Assembly: GCA_963841645.1 (NCBI GenBank)
Contig: CAWJDS010000018.1
Location: 68,881 to 132,880 of the forward strand
Direction: 5' to 3'
Source: an uncultured Gammaproteobacteria bacterium
Lineage (GTDB): Bacteria > Pseudomonadota > Gammaproteobacteria > Steroidobacterales > Rariloculaceae
Length of the DNA: 64,000 nucleotides
In this document: in pieces, positions 1 to 9,186 of the stretch
Layout: each line of letters opens with the position of its first letter
How positions within the stretch are numbered: position 1 is the first letter of the stretch
Program-made: the position numbers and the translations under genes
Notes under the pieces: model-generated
The model's input: only the letters and a program-made list of their open reading frames with translations
Told to the model about the DNA's origin: nothing
Databases searched by the model: none

Positions 1-1082
1 GCATCGCGAAGATGGGCGACATTCGGACGGTCGGCCGGATCGGCACGAAGGCGCTCGGCTGGTTCCTGTTCGCATCGCTCGTTTCGTTGACGCTCGGGCT
101 CGTGCTCGTAGACCTGCTCGAGCCCGGCAAGGCGATGCATCTCGCGATTCCGGCCGGCGACGCTGCGACCGGGCTCAAGCCCGGCGGGCTCTCGCTCGAG
201 GATTTCATCGCGCACACGATCCCGACCAGCGTCGTCGACGCGATGGCGCGCAACGAGATCCTGCAGATCGTCGTCTTCTCGGTGTTTTTCGGCATCGCGA
301 TGACCGCGCTCGGCGAGCGCACGAAGATCGTGCTCGAGGGTCTCGAAGGCGTTTCGCTGATCATGCTGCGTGTGACGGGCTACGTGATGCTCTTCGCGCC
401 GCTCGCCGTATTCGGCGCGCTCGCGAGCACGGTCGCGCAGGAAGGACTCGGCGTCATCAAGGTGTACGGGCTGTTCGTGGGCGAGTTCTATCTCGGCATC
501 CTGATCTTGTGGGTCGTGCTGACGTTTCTCGGCTCGTTGTTCGTCGGGCCGCGCGCGATCGAGCTCGTGAGGCGCGTGCGCGAGCCCGTGGTGCTCGCGT
601 TCTCGACTGCGAGCTCCGAAGCGGCCTATCCGAAGACGCTCGAGGAGCTCGAGCGATTCGGCGTCAGCAATCGCATCGCGAGCTTCGTGCTGCCGGTCGG
701 CTATTCGTTCAATCTCGACGGCTCGATGATGTATTGCACGTTCGCGGTGATGTTCATCGCGCAGGTGTACGGCATCGATATCTCGATCGGTCAGCAGATC
801 GTGATGGTCGCCATCCTGATGCTCACGTCGAAGGGCATGGCGGGCGTGCCGCGCGCGTCGCTGGTCGTCATCGCCGCGACGCTCGCGCAGTTCGACATAC
901 CGGCGGCCGGGCTCGTGCTGCTGCTCGGCGTCGATCACTTCCTCGACATGGGCCGCTCCGCCACCAACGTCGTCGGCAACAGCATCGCGACGGCCGTCGT
1001 CGCGCGCTGGGAAGGGGAGCTCCGACGCGACGATAAGCCCGCGCTCGCTGCGATGAGCGCTCCGGGCAGGGCCGAAAACTAG
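1..1082 (+). CDS. dctA: C4-dicarboxylate / dicarboxylate:cation symporter (DctA family), 5' end cut by window edge
   Basis: ORF 12..1082 stays open back to the window edge. Polytopic membrane protein with conserved DAACS blocks (PVGYSFNLDGS, LTSKGMAGVPRASLVV, DMGRSATNVVGNS). Roughly 70 N-terminal residues should lie upstream. Confidence 0.9.
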   Translation, partial: IAKMGDIRTVGRIGTKALGWFLFASLVSLTLGLVLVDLLEPGKAMHLAIPAGDAATGLKPGGLSLEDFIAHTIPTSVVDAMARNEILQIVVFSVFFGIAMTALGERTKIVLEGLEGVSLIMLRVTGYVMLFAPLAVFGALASTVAQEGLGVIKVYGLFVGEFYLGILILWVVLTFLGSLFVGPRAIELVRRVREPVVLAFSTASSEAAYPKTLEELERFGVSNRIASFVLPVGYSFNLDGSMMYCTFAVMFIAQVYGIDISIGQQIVMVAILMLTSKGMAGVPRASLVVIAATLAQFDIPAAGLVLLLGVDHFLDMGRSATNVVGNSIATAVVARWEGELRRDDKPALAAMSAPGRAEN

Positions 1083-1125
1083 ATAGCCGCTCGGGCGCTC
1101 GCGGAGGCTGGCCGAAGCTCGCGGC

Positions 1126-3137
1126 CTAGGTGTGCAGGAACTTGCGCGCGCGGCCGAGCGCCATCAACGGAAAGTAGTGCCGATAGAGGTTGTAGTTCAG
1201 CATGAAGCCGCGCTGCAGCTCAGTGCCTTGCGCGATTCGCTCGAGCGTACGCTTGTCGCGAAAGTCCATTCGTTCGCCGAAGCCGTAGCCCGGGAAGCCC
1301 GTGCCCGTGTAGTACGGCTCGTCCCACGTACCGTCGTCACGCTGTCGCGCGACGAGGAACGCGACGCCGCGCCGAATCTCGCGCTCGTGGGCGCGGTCGC
1401 CGGTCGCGATGAGCGCGAGCAGCGCCCATGCGGTCTGCGACGCCGTGCTCGGGCCGCGTCCGCGCAGCGCGTCGTCCATGTACGACGCGCACGTCTCGCC
1501 CCAGCCGCCGTCCTCGTTCTGGTGAGCGCGAAGCCAATCGGCCGCGCGGCGCACGAAGTCCTGCGACATGTCCTCGCCGAGCGCCGCGAGCGCGGGCAAC
1601 ACGGCGGCGGTGCCGTAGATGTGATTGACGCCCCAGCGGCCGAACCAGCTGCCGTCGGATTCCTGCTCGGAGCGGAGGAAGTCATAGCCGCGCTTGACTG
1701 CGCGGTGGTGGCGATCGAAGCCGAGGCTCGCCGAGCGCTTCGAGCACGTGCGCGGTCACGTCCGCCGACGGCGGATCGAGCGCCTCGCCGAAGTCGCAGA
1801 ACGGGATCTTGGTGATGATCTTCCAGTCGTTGTCCTTGTCGAACGCCGCCCAGCCGCCGTTGCTCGATTGCATCGCGAGCGTCCAGCCGAGCGCGCGATC
1901 GATCGTTGCGCGGATCCGCGGCTCGTCGAGCAGCGCGCGCGGGAGGCGCGCGAGCATCATCAGCGCGACGGCTGTGTCGTCGATGTCGGGATAGTGGAGA
2001 TTGGCGCGCTCGAACGCCCAGCCGCTCGGCTCGACGCCTTTGACCTTCTTCGCCCAGTCGCCGCGGTAGCGGACTTCGTTCGCGAGCACCCAATCGAGCG
2101 CCTGCTGCATGGCGGGCGTGAACTCGCGATCGCAGTCCTGCATCGCGAGCAGCGTCAGCAGCGTGTCCCAGACCGGCGACTCACTCGCCTGGATGTGCAG
2201 CGTTCCGCCGCGCTCGTACGCGAAGTGCGAGTCGAGCGCCGCGAGCCCCTTCGCCATCACGGGATGATCGAGCTCGTAGCCCTCGACGTTGAGGGCCATC
2301 AGGCTGTAGATCCACGGCGGTTGAATTCCGCCCCACACGCCGTCCGCGTCCTGGTGGCGCACGATCCAGCCGAGGCACGCGTTGATCGCGGTCTCGCGGC
2401 CCGGCGTGAGGCCGATCTTTTGATAAATGTGCAGGACGCGGTCGGAGAGCAGGAACAACCGCCGCCACGAGAGCCACGAGCCGCGCCGCGGCAGTCGGTA
2501 GTTCATCTTGTCGCGGCCGTCGGGAAACAGCTCGTCGAGCCGCCGGTCGGGCGGCAGCGGCCGCACTGCGCGGCGCGCGGACAGCACCGCGAGCGGCATG
2601 CAGCGTCGTGCGCGCCCAGCTCGCGAAGTTGTAGATGTTGAATGGATACCAGCGCGGAGTCGCGATGACTTCCGGCGGCAGGTTCGGCGTCGCGCTCCAC
2701 GGCCACTCGCCGAGCAGCGCGAGCCAGTACTTCGTGAACACGCGTACTTGCGATAAGCCGCCGTGCTCGAGGATCCAGCGTCGCGCGCTCACGAGCGGCG
2801 GCGAATCGGGGCTCATCCCGACGCAGCGCAGCGCCGCGTAGCACTCGACCGTGCTGTTGATGTCGCCGTTCGGCGCTCCGTAGTAGATCTCCCACGAGCC
2901 GTCCGAACGCTGTGCGTTGAGCAGCGTGCCGACCAGGTCCTGTTCGCGCGGATGCCGGATGCCGAGGAAATGCATCGCGAGCAGCCACTCCGCCTCCATG
3001 CAGTAGCTCGACTCGAGCATCCCGACCCAATAGCCCTCGGGTCGCTGATCGCGGTCGAGCCAATCCGTGGCCTTTCGAATGGCCGCGGCGAGCTGATGGG
3101 AGGCGTCTTCGAGGAGTCTCGGAGCGGACGCGGCCAA
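1126..3137 (-). CDS. shc: squalene-hopene cyclase; reading frame interrupted by two +1 breaks (near 2600 and 1725)
   Basis: Three minus-strand ORF pieces read consecutively as one cyclase. QW-type repeats are present (DGSWE, DGVWGG, NGGWAAF, DGSWFGRWG, DGGWGE, DGTWDE), as is the catalytic DxDDTA motif (YPDIDDTAV). The TTG start at 3137 is tentative. Confidence 0.9.
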
Positions 3138-3305
3138 AGGTGTACCGGCTGGCGTGCGTTATTGCAGCCGCGGATTATCGCACAGCCGCCGGGGGCGTCG
3201 CTGACCGGTCGGTAGACCGGCCGCGCTCCTGCGCCGGACGGCCCGTTGCGCGGCTTCCCGGGATCGAAGAGCATCGGGCCTCTGCTTGGGTTACGAGCCC
3301 CGCCG

Positions 3306-3698
3306 ATGCGAGCTTTCCGCACGCTTGCCCTGGCCGCCGCCGCGGCCCTTCCCGTCGCGTGCGCAGTCACGACGGCGGACGGCACGCGTCTCGGTCTCAC
3401 GTCGAGCGAATTTCGCGCCTACGTCGAGCGAGTGTTTCGGGATCAGAACAAGGTCGCGAGCGATCTCGCGTTCGCCCTCGACGACGCGACAGCGTCAGGC
3501 GGCTCGGCGCCGCCCGAGCTCGCCGCTGCGGAAGACGCGCTGCTCGAGGCCTGTTCCGGGCTGAACGAGCTCGCGACGTCGCGCCGCGACCAAGCGGATC
3601 TCGGTGTTCGCAAGAGCGCGAGCGCGGCGCGGCGCGCGCCGGATTGCGAGCGCGCGACACAGGCAGCGCAAACGGCGCTGCGCGAGCACGCGCGCTAG
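3306..3698 (+). CDS. hypothetical lipoprotein
   Basis: Internal ATG of ORF 3246..3698 gives a signal peptide plus lipobox (MRAFRTLALAAAAALPVAC). The coding-like frame is divergent from shc. No recognisable domain. Confidence 0.55.
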   Translation: MRAFRTLALAAAAALPVACAVTTADGTRLGLTSSEFRAYVERVFRDQNKVASDLAFALDDATASGGSAPPELAAAEDALLEACSGLNELATSRRDQADLGVRKSASAARRAPDCERATQAAQTALREHAR

Positions 3699-3714
3699 CC
3701 GGGCAACGAGTGGT

Positions 3715-4245
3715 CTAGAGGCCCGGCGGCAGAAGCCGGCCGACGGCGATCAGCTGCGCTTGATAATACGGAGCGTCGATACGCGCGACGCTGACTTGCC
3801 GCCCCGTCTCGGGCGCGTGGACGAAAAGGCCGTCGCCAAGATAGATGCCGACGTGCGAGAGCTTCGCTTGATCCTGGAAGAAGAAGAGATCGCCCGCGCT
3901 CGCATCCGCGAGCGCGATCTTGTGCGCGGCTCGGAACTGATCCGCGGGCGTGCGCGGTATCGGGTAGCCCGCAAGGTCGTAAGCGTAAAACGCGAGCCCG
4001 CTGCTATCGAAACCTGCCACCGGATCGGTCCCGCCGAGCCGGTAGCGCGCGCCGACCATGTCCGCCGCGAGATCCGCCACGGCGCCGCCGCGGGTCAGTA
4101 CGGGCTTGTCGTCCGTGACCGCGGCGCGTGGCGCGACGATGGGAGACGGCGCCGCTGACTCGGTCGACGGCGCGCTCGCGCAACCCGCGCCCAGCACCGC
4201 GGTCGCAAGCAACGCACCAATAAATCTATAAACCCGCAACGACAT
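3715..4245 (-). CDS. NlpC/P60 (C40 peptidase) family lipoprotein with Ser at the expected catalytic Cys position
   Basis: Lipobox LGAGC. NlpC/P60 core: YRLGGTDPVAGFDSSGLAFYAY ... SHVGIYLGDGLFVHAP. The canonical DCSG is DSSG here (codon AGC). Confidence 0.85.
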   Translation of the reverse strand: MSLRVYRFIGALLATAVLGAGCASAPSTESAAPSPIVAPRAAVTDDKPVLTRGGAVADLAADMVGARYRLGGTDPVAGFDSSGLAFYAYDLAGYPIPRTPADQFRAAHKIALADASAGDLFFFQDQAKLSHVGIYLGDGLFVHAPETGRQVSVARIDAPYYQAQLIAVGRLLPPGL

Positions 4246-4303
4246 GGTGTTCAGTTTGCACGGCGGCGACTGAATCGCGGCTGAACGCCCGTCGCGCCGA
4301 CGC

Positions 4304-5308
4304 TCAACGGTCGAGCCAGGGCGGTGTCGGTAGACCCTTCGAGCGGAGGAACGCAGGGTTGTACAGCTTCGACTGGTAGCGAGAGCCCGAGTCGCAAAGG
4401 ATCGTGACGATCGTCTTCCCGGGCCCGAGCTCGCGCGCGAGCCGGATCGCGCCCGCGACGTTGATGCCCGTCGAGCCGCCGAGCAGCAGGCCTTCGGTCT
4501 GCACGAGATCGAAGCAGATCGGCACCATCTCCTCGTCCGGGATCTGAAACGCGTCGTCTATTTTTGCGCCCGACAGATTGCCGGTGACGCGGCCCTGGCC
4601 AATGCCTTCGCTGATCGAGCTGCCGCTGCCTTTGAGCTCGCCGGTCTTGATCCAGCTGTATATCGACGCGCCGATCGGATCGGCCGCCGCCGTCACGATG
4701 CTTGGGTTCTTGTGCTTCAGGAACTCGCTCACGCCCGCGAGCGTGCCTCCCGTGCCGACGGCGCACGTGAAGCCATCGATCTTGCCGTCCGTCTGTTGCC
4801 AGATCTCGGGACCGGTGCTCTGGGTGTGGCCGTCGCGGTTCGCGGTGTTGTCCCACTGGTTCGCGTACAGCACGCCGTGCGGCTCTTTGGCAGCGAGCTC
4901 CTCGGCCGTGCGCTTCGCGATGTGCACGTAGTTGTTCGGATCCTTGTACGGCACCGCGGGCACTTCGCGGAGCTCGGCGCCGCAGAGCCGGAGCGCATCC
5001 TTCTTCTCTTGCGACTGCGTGTTCGGCATCAGGATCAGCGTTCGATACCCGCGCGAGTTGCCGACGAGCGCGAGGCCGATCCCCGTATTGCCGGCTGTGC
5101 CTTCCACGATCAGCCCGCCGCGCTCGATTACGCCGCGTCGCTCGCCGTCGAGCACCATGTACTTCGCCGCACGATCCTTGACCGAGCCGCCCGGATTCAG
5201 AAACTCGGCTTTGCCGAGGATCGTGCAGCCGGTGAGCTCGGAGGCCTTGCGTAATTTGATCAGCGGCGTGTTGCCGACCGCGTCGACGAAGTCGGAGCGA
5301 ATTTCCAT
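4304..5308 (-). CDS. PLP-dependent cysteine synthase / cystathionine beta-synthase family protein
   Basis: Motifs GNTPLIKL, PGGSVKDRAA (PLP lysine), GNTGIGLA, AVGTGGTLAG. Start moved to the internal MEIRSDF so it does not overlap the next gene. Confidence 0.85.
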   Translation of the reverse strand: MEIRSDFVDAVGNTPLIKLRKASELTGCTILGKAEFLNPGGSVKDRAAKYMVLDGERRGVIERGGLIVEGTAGNTGIGLALVGNSRGYRTLILMPNTQSQEKKDALRLCGAELREVPAVPYKDPNNYVHIAKRTAEELAAKEPHGVLYANQWDNTANRDGHTQSTGPEIWQQTDGKIDGFTCAVGTGGTLAGVSEFLKHKNPSIVTAAADPIGASIYSWIKTGELKGSGSSISEGIGQGRVTGNLSGAKIDDAFQIPDEEMVPICFDLVQTEGLLLGGSTGINVAGAIRLARELGPGKTIVTILCDSGSRYQSKLYNPAFLRSKGLPTPPWLDR

Positions 5309-5345
5309 CGAAAGGACTTGCGCGTTCAGCTGCGGTTCAGCGCGC

Positions 5346-5795
5346 CTATTGCACGGTGATGGTGATTTTTTCGGAATGAACCGGCGGCTGATGGGGGACA
5401 TGGTTCGCATCACCGAGCACGAGCTGCAACGTGTGCTGCCCCGGCGGCAATGTGAGCTCGACCTCGGTCTGTCCCGCGCCGAAATGGCGATGCTTATCGT
5501 CGTTGGGGATCGGCAGATTATCGGGCGGCAGATCGGTGTCGATCAGCAGGTGGTGGTGGCCGGTGTTCGCGTTCGTTACGCCGGCAGGCGCGACGCCCAT
5601 CCCCTTGAGGCCGAAGCGGACGGTGAACGGCGAGGTCACTTTGGCCCCATTCTGCGGCGCGATGAAATATTCCATCGCGCCCGCGGGCGAGGCGGTGCGT
5701 GGCAATGCGGCCGGCGCGGGAGTGGCGTTTTGAGCCTGACTCAGCGCGGGAAGAAACAATAGAAGAAGGCTGCAAATCGGTGCTATGGTTCTCAT
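5346..5795 (-). CDS. secreted DUF4399-like protein
   Basis: Signal peptide MRTIAPICSLLLLFLPALSQA. The remainder (GHHHLLIDTD...HFGAGQTE..L.L.PG.HTLQLVLGD) matches my recollection of the DUF4399 family. Start taken at an internal ATG. Confidence 0.6.
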   Translation of the reverse strand: MRTIAPICSLLLLFLPALSQAQNATPAPAALPRTASPAGAMEYFIAPQNGAKVTSPFTVRFGLKGMGVAPAGVTNANTGHHHLLIDTDLPPDNLPIPNDDKHRHFGAGQTEVELTLPPGQHTLQLVLGDANHVPHQPPVHSEKITITVQ

Positions 5796-6018
5796 GCCGT
5801 TGCCCCTAGTCGATGTTGTGAGTGTGCTCGTGCGAGCGGCACATAGTATCAGGTGCCACACCGGTCAACCCGGCCGGTGCCGTGGGCGTTATGGAATGTT
5901 TTCGGCTGCGCCGCCCGCTCGACGCGTAAAGTGAACTTCGCGCGACCGTCGAGTAACTAAAGGTGAAACCCACTCCGACACTGCGAACGACCTCGACTGA
6001 GATCGAGGGAGGACAATC

Positions 6019-7677
6019 ATGGAACTGAAGGTCATGCGCTCGGTGCTCACAGGCGCCGCGCTGCTCGGATTAATTGCCTGCAGCAGCCAGCAAACCGTCG
6101 GTCCGCAGGGAAGCAGTGGTGCGAGCATTCCGATGCCGTCGTCGGGCGGATCGAGCGGTGGATCGCAGTCCTCGTCCGGCGGTGGATCGCAGGGCGGTTC
6201 GAAGTCTTCATCGAGCGGTGGCCCGTCAGGCGGCGGCGGCTCGCAATCTTCATCGGGCTCTCAGGGCGGCTCGTCCGGCTCGCAAGGCGGCTCTTCGGGA
6301 GCACAGGGCGGCTCTTCCGGTGGCGGCTCGCAGGCCGGCGGTTCGTCACGATCGTCGGGCGGCTCGTCCGGAGCGCAAGGCGGTTCTTCTGGCTCACAGG
6401 GCGGCTCGTCCGGCGGTGGTTCGCAGGCCGGTGGTTCGTCCCGCTCCTCCGGCGGCTCGTCGGGCTCATCGGGCGGCTCGTCCGGTTCAGCGGGCTCAGG
6501 CGGCACCGTAGGCGCGGCCGGCTCGGCGTCCGGGCAAGGAGGCTCGCCGTTCCCGACCAGCTCCTCTGGAGGCGGCGGCTCGTCGGCCTCGACCGGCTCG
6601 CGCGGCGCCCAGGGCGGCGCGCAAGGCTCGGGCGGCGCGGGCTCGCAGAGCTCGACGTTCCCGACCGGGACCAGTGGCGGCAGCGGCGGCTCGCAGAACC
6701 CGTTTCCCACGGATAGCTCTGGCGGCGGTGGCGCCGCGGGCGGATCTCAGGCGGGTGGGGCCGGCGGATCGCAAGGCGGCTCGAGCGGTGCGCAGGGCGG
6801 CGGCGCCCAAGGTGGCGGCTCGAGCGGCGCGGGCGGAGGCTCAACGGCAGGCACGCAGGCGGGCGGTGGCGCTTCAGGCGCCGGCGGTTCGGGTTCGCCC
6901 GGCTCCGGTGGCACCGTAGGCGCTGCGGGCTCGGCGGGCGGTCAGGGCGGCTCGGCCTTCCCGACCGGCGGCGGGAACGGCGCCGGTGGCGGCTCGGCTG
7001 ACGGCCGTAGCGCGCAGAACGGCGGCGGTCTCGGCGGGGCGGGCGCGGCGGGTGGCGGCGCAGCGGGTGGCGGCGCAGCGGGCGGTGGCGCAGGCGGCAG
7101 CGGAGCAGCCGGCGGTGGCGCAGCGGGCAGCGGGTCGGGCGGCGGCGGCGGCGACAGCCCGTTCGGCGACGCTCAGGCTGCGAATGGCGCAGGCGGCAGT
7201 GGTGCCGGCCAGGAATTCGATAAGTCGCTGGGCGGCTTCGACGCGCGTATGGGCAAGGAGCAAGACGCAGTCGCGCGGGCCGGCGGCGGCACGGCAGCGG
7301 ATCAGGTGCTCAAAGAGGCGGGCCAGGCCGGCGGCGGTGACGCAGCGGGCGGCGGTGCGCCAGCCGGTGGAGCAGCCGGTGGCACGGCCGCCGCGGGCGC
7401 CGGCGGGTCCGGGCAAGGCGGCCAGGCCGGCAACGGTGCCGCTGGCGGCTCGAGTGCCGTCGGCGGACAGCAGGGCGGCGGCGCGGCCGGTGCGAGCAAG
7501 AACCGCAACGACGACGCGGGCCCCGACAAGGCTGCCGCGACGGTGCAGGGCTGCAACGATACCGACAAGGTCGCGCGCCAGCTTTGCGAGGCGGCGACCG
7601 CGGAGAACGATCCGTTCCTCCGCGCTTCGCTCTGGGAAGAATATAACCAGTACAAGAAGATCGTTGCGCGCCAGTAG
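6019..7677 (+). CDS. lipoprotein with an approximately 480-aa Gly/Ser/Ala low-complexity region and a short structured C-terminal domain (operon gene 1)
   Basis: SD-like GAGGGAGGA lies 5 nt upstream of the ATG. Lipobox LLGLIAC. Long GGSSG[AS]QGG repeats with periodic [SP]FPT motifs. Non-repetitive C-terminus: CNDTDKVARQLCEAATAENDPFLRASLWEEYNQYKKIVARQ. Confidence 0.7.
   Translation: MELKVMRSVLTGAALLGLIACSSQQTVGPQGSSGASIPMPSSGGSSGGSQSSSGGGSQGGSKSSSSGGPSGGGGSQSSSGSQGGSSGSQGGSSGAQGGSSGGGSQAGGSSRSSGGSSGAQGGSSGSQGGSSGGGSQAGGSSRSSGGSSGSSGGSSGSAGSGGTVGAAGSASGQGGSPFPTSSSGGGGSSASTGSRGAQGGAQGSGGAGSQSSTFPTGTSGGSGGSQNPFPTDSSGGGGAAGGSQAGGAGGSQGGSSGAQGGGAQGGGSSGAGGGSTAGTQAGGGASGAGGSGSPGSGGTVGAAGSAGGQGGSAFPTGGGNGAGGGSADGRSAQNGGGLGGAGAAGGGAAGGGAAGGGAGGSGAAGGGAAGSGSGGGGGDSPFGDAQAANGAGGSGAGQEFDKSLGGFDARMGKEQDAVARAGGGTAADQVLKEAGQAGGGDAAGGGAPAGGAAGGTAAAGAGGSGQGGQAGNGAAGGSSAVGGQQGGGAAGASKNRNDDAGPDKAAATVQGCNDTDKVARQLCEAATAENDPFLRASLWEEYNQYKKIVARQ
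6265..6450 (+). repeat. 93-bp tandem duplication (2 copies, 78/93 identical) inside the Gly/Ser-rich lipoprotein gene
   Basis: Copies at 6265-6357 and 6358-6450 aligned by hand, 15 mismatches, in frame (31-aa unit). A second dispersed ~66-bp repeat encodes GSGGTVGAAGSA.GQGGS.FPT near 6487 and 6904. Confidence 0.8.
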
Positions 7678-7695
7678 GCGCGCCGAGGGTCCGAT

Positions 7696-9186
7696 ATGCG
7701 CCGCGTCGCGATAACTTTCGTCGCAGGGTTGTCATTCATTGCGGGCTGCACGAGCACCGAGGTGCTCGTCGCGCACTCGGTCGCGCTCGAGAAGAGCACG
7801 ACCGAGATCGCCGAGAATCAGCTGCTCGACGTCGGCGTCACGGTGTTCGACTCGGGCGTGCCCGAGGGAGAGGTCGACAAAGACGTCCTCGAGCACCTGA
7901 TCAAGGAAGGCACGTTCGTGCAGATCCGCAGGAGCGAGGCGATCTACATGGCCGTCTTGCTCCGCAACACGCTCCAGAAGAGCGCGAATTGGGGCACGGT
8001 GTGGGTCACGCCGAAGGATTCGACTGCGGCGGATCTGAGCGTCGATGGCAAGATCCTGCATTCCGACGGCGACTACTTCCAGCTGCACGTCAAAGCCACC
8101 GATGCGACGGGTCACCTCTGGATCGACAAGACGTACCAGATGTCGACCGCCGCCGGCGCGTTCAATCGCCAGCGTTACCCCGACCTCGATCCGTACCAAG
8201 ACGTGTTCAACGAGGTCTCGAACGACCTCGCGAAGGCGCGCAAGGGCCTGTCGGCGAAAGACACGCAAACGATTCGAACCACCGCAGGGTTGCGCTACGC
8301 GGCCGACCTGAGCCCCGAGGCGTTCAACGGTTACGTCGTCGACAACAAAGGGCAGTACAAGATCAATCGCCTGCCGGCCGACGGCGACCCGATGTACGAC
8401 CGCACCGAGCGCGTGCGCCAGCGCGAGCGCCTGTTCCTCGATACGATCGACGAGCACTACGACCAGTTCTACAAGGACGCAAGCACGCCCTACAACGGCT
8501 GGCGCGAGAGTGCGCGCGAGGAGTCGATCGAGGTCAAGGAGCTGACGAAGTCCGCGCATTGGCGCACCGGCATGGGCATCGCGTCGATCCTCGCGTCGGT
8601 CGTCTACGGCAGCAGCCACGGCGGCGAGTTCACCGAGCGCATGCTGCGCGACGCCGTGCTCTATATCGGCGTCGACATGCTGCGGACGAGCCAAGTCCGC
8701 AAGCAGGAAAAGCAGATCCACCAGCAGCAGCTCGAGGAGCTCAACGGCTCGTTCGACGACTCGATCAAGCCCGTCGTCGTCGCGATCCAAGGCACCGAGC
8801 ACCGGCTGACCGGCACCGCCGATGCGCAGTACAACGAGTGGCGCGACCTGCTGCGCCAAATCTTCATCGAAGAGAGCGGCTTCGTGCCGGACGACTTGAC
8901 GGTCTATGCGGGCGAAGTGGAGCCGGCCGCTCCACGTCAAGATCCGCTTCCCGGCCTCGCGTTGAAGTTGCCCGCCGGCGGCATACCGGCGGCTGCCGAG
9001 GCCGGGGCGGCCAATGCACCCACCGGTGCCGCCGCTGCGCCCGAGCAAGCATCCGAAGCCACTCCTGCGCCGGCGGAAGGCGCGAGCGCACCGGCGCCCG
9101 CGTCGCCGTCCGCGCCCTCGAGTGAAGCGGCCGCTCCCGCAGAATCTCCAGCCAATGCCACTTCGAGCGCCGCCAACGGGGGCTGA
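7696..9186 (+). CDS. hypothetical lipoprotein with Ala/Pro-rich C-terminal tail (operon gene 2)
   Basis: Lipobox SFIAGC. 496-aa intact ORF starting 18 nt after gene 1. Globular N-terminal ~410 aa with one Gly-zipper-like hydrophobic stretch (WRTGMGIASILASVVYGSS). The last ~80 aa are A/P/S/E low complexity. Confidence 0.7.
   Translation: MRRVAITFVAGLSFIAGCTSTEVLVAHSVALEKSTTEIAENQLLDVGVTVFDSGVPEGEVDKDVLEHLIKEGTFVQIRRSEAIYMAVLLRNTLQKSANWGTVWVTPKDSTAADLSVDGKILHSDGDYFQLHVKATDATGHLWIDKTYQMSTAAGAFNRQRYPDLDPYQDVFNEVSNDLAKARKGLSAKDTQTIRTTAGLRYAADLSPEAFNGYVVDNKGQYKINRLPADGDPMYDRTERVRQRERLFLDTIDEHYDQFYKDASTPYNGWRESAREESIEVKELTKSAHWRTGMGIASILASVVYGSSHGGEFTERMLRDAVLYIGVDMLRTSQVRKQEKQIHQQQLEELNGSFDDSIKPVVVAIQGTEHRLTGTADAQYNEWRDLLRQIFIEESGFVPDDLTVYAGEVEPAAPRQDPLPGLALKLPAGGIPAAAEAGAANAPTGAAAAPEQASEATPAPAEGASAPAPASPSAPSSEAAAPAESPANATSSAANGG

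Noticed and set aside
509-1036. 175-aa + strand ORF inside dctA, and other short Arg-rich ORFs nested in real genes.
   Set aside because: It is an alternate frame of a well-supported membrane transporter gene, with nonsense-like composition.
1126-3137. A hopanoid biosynthesis gene cluster around shc.
   Set aside because: No hpn-type genes flank it. The neighbours are dctA and an unrelated lipoprotein, so shc is solitary in this window.
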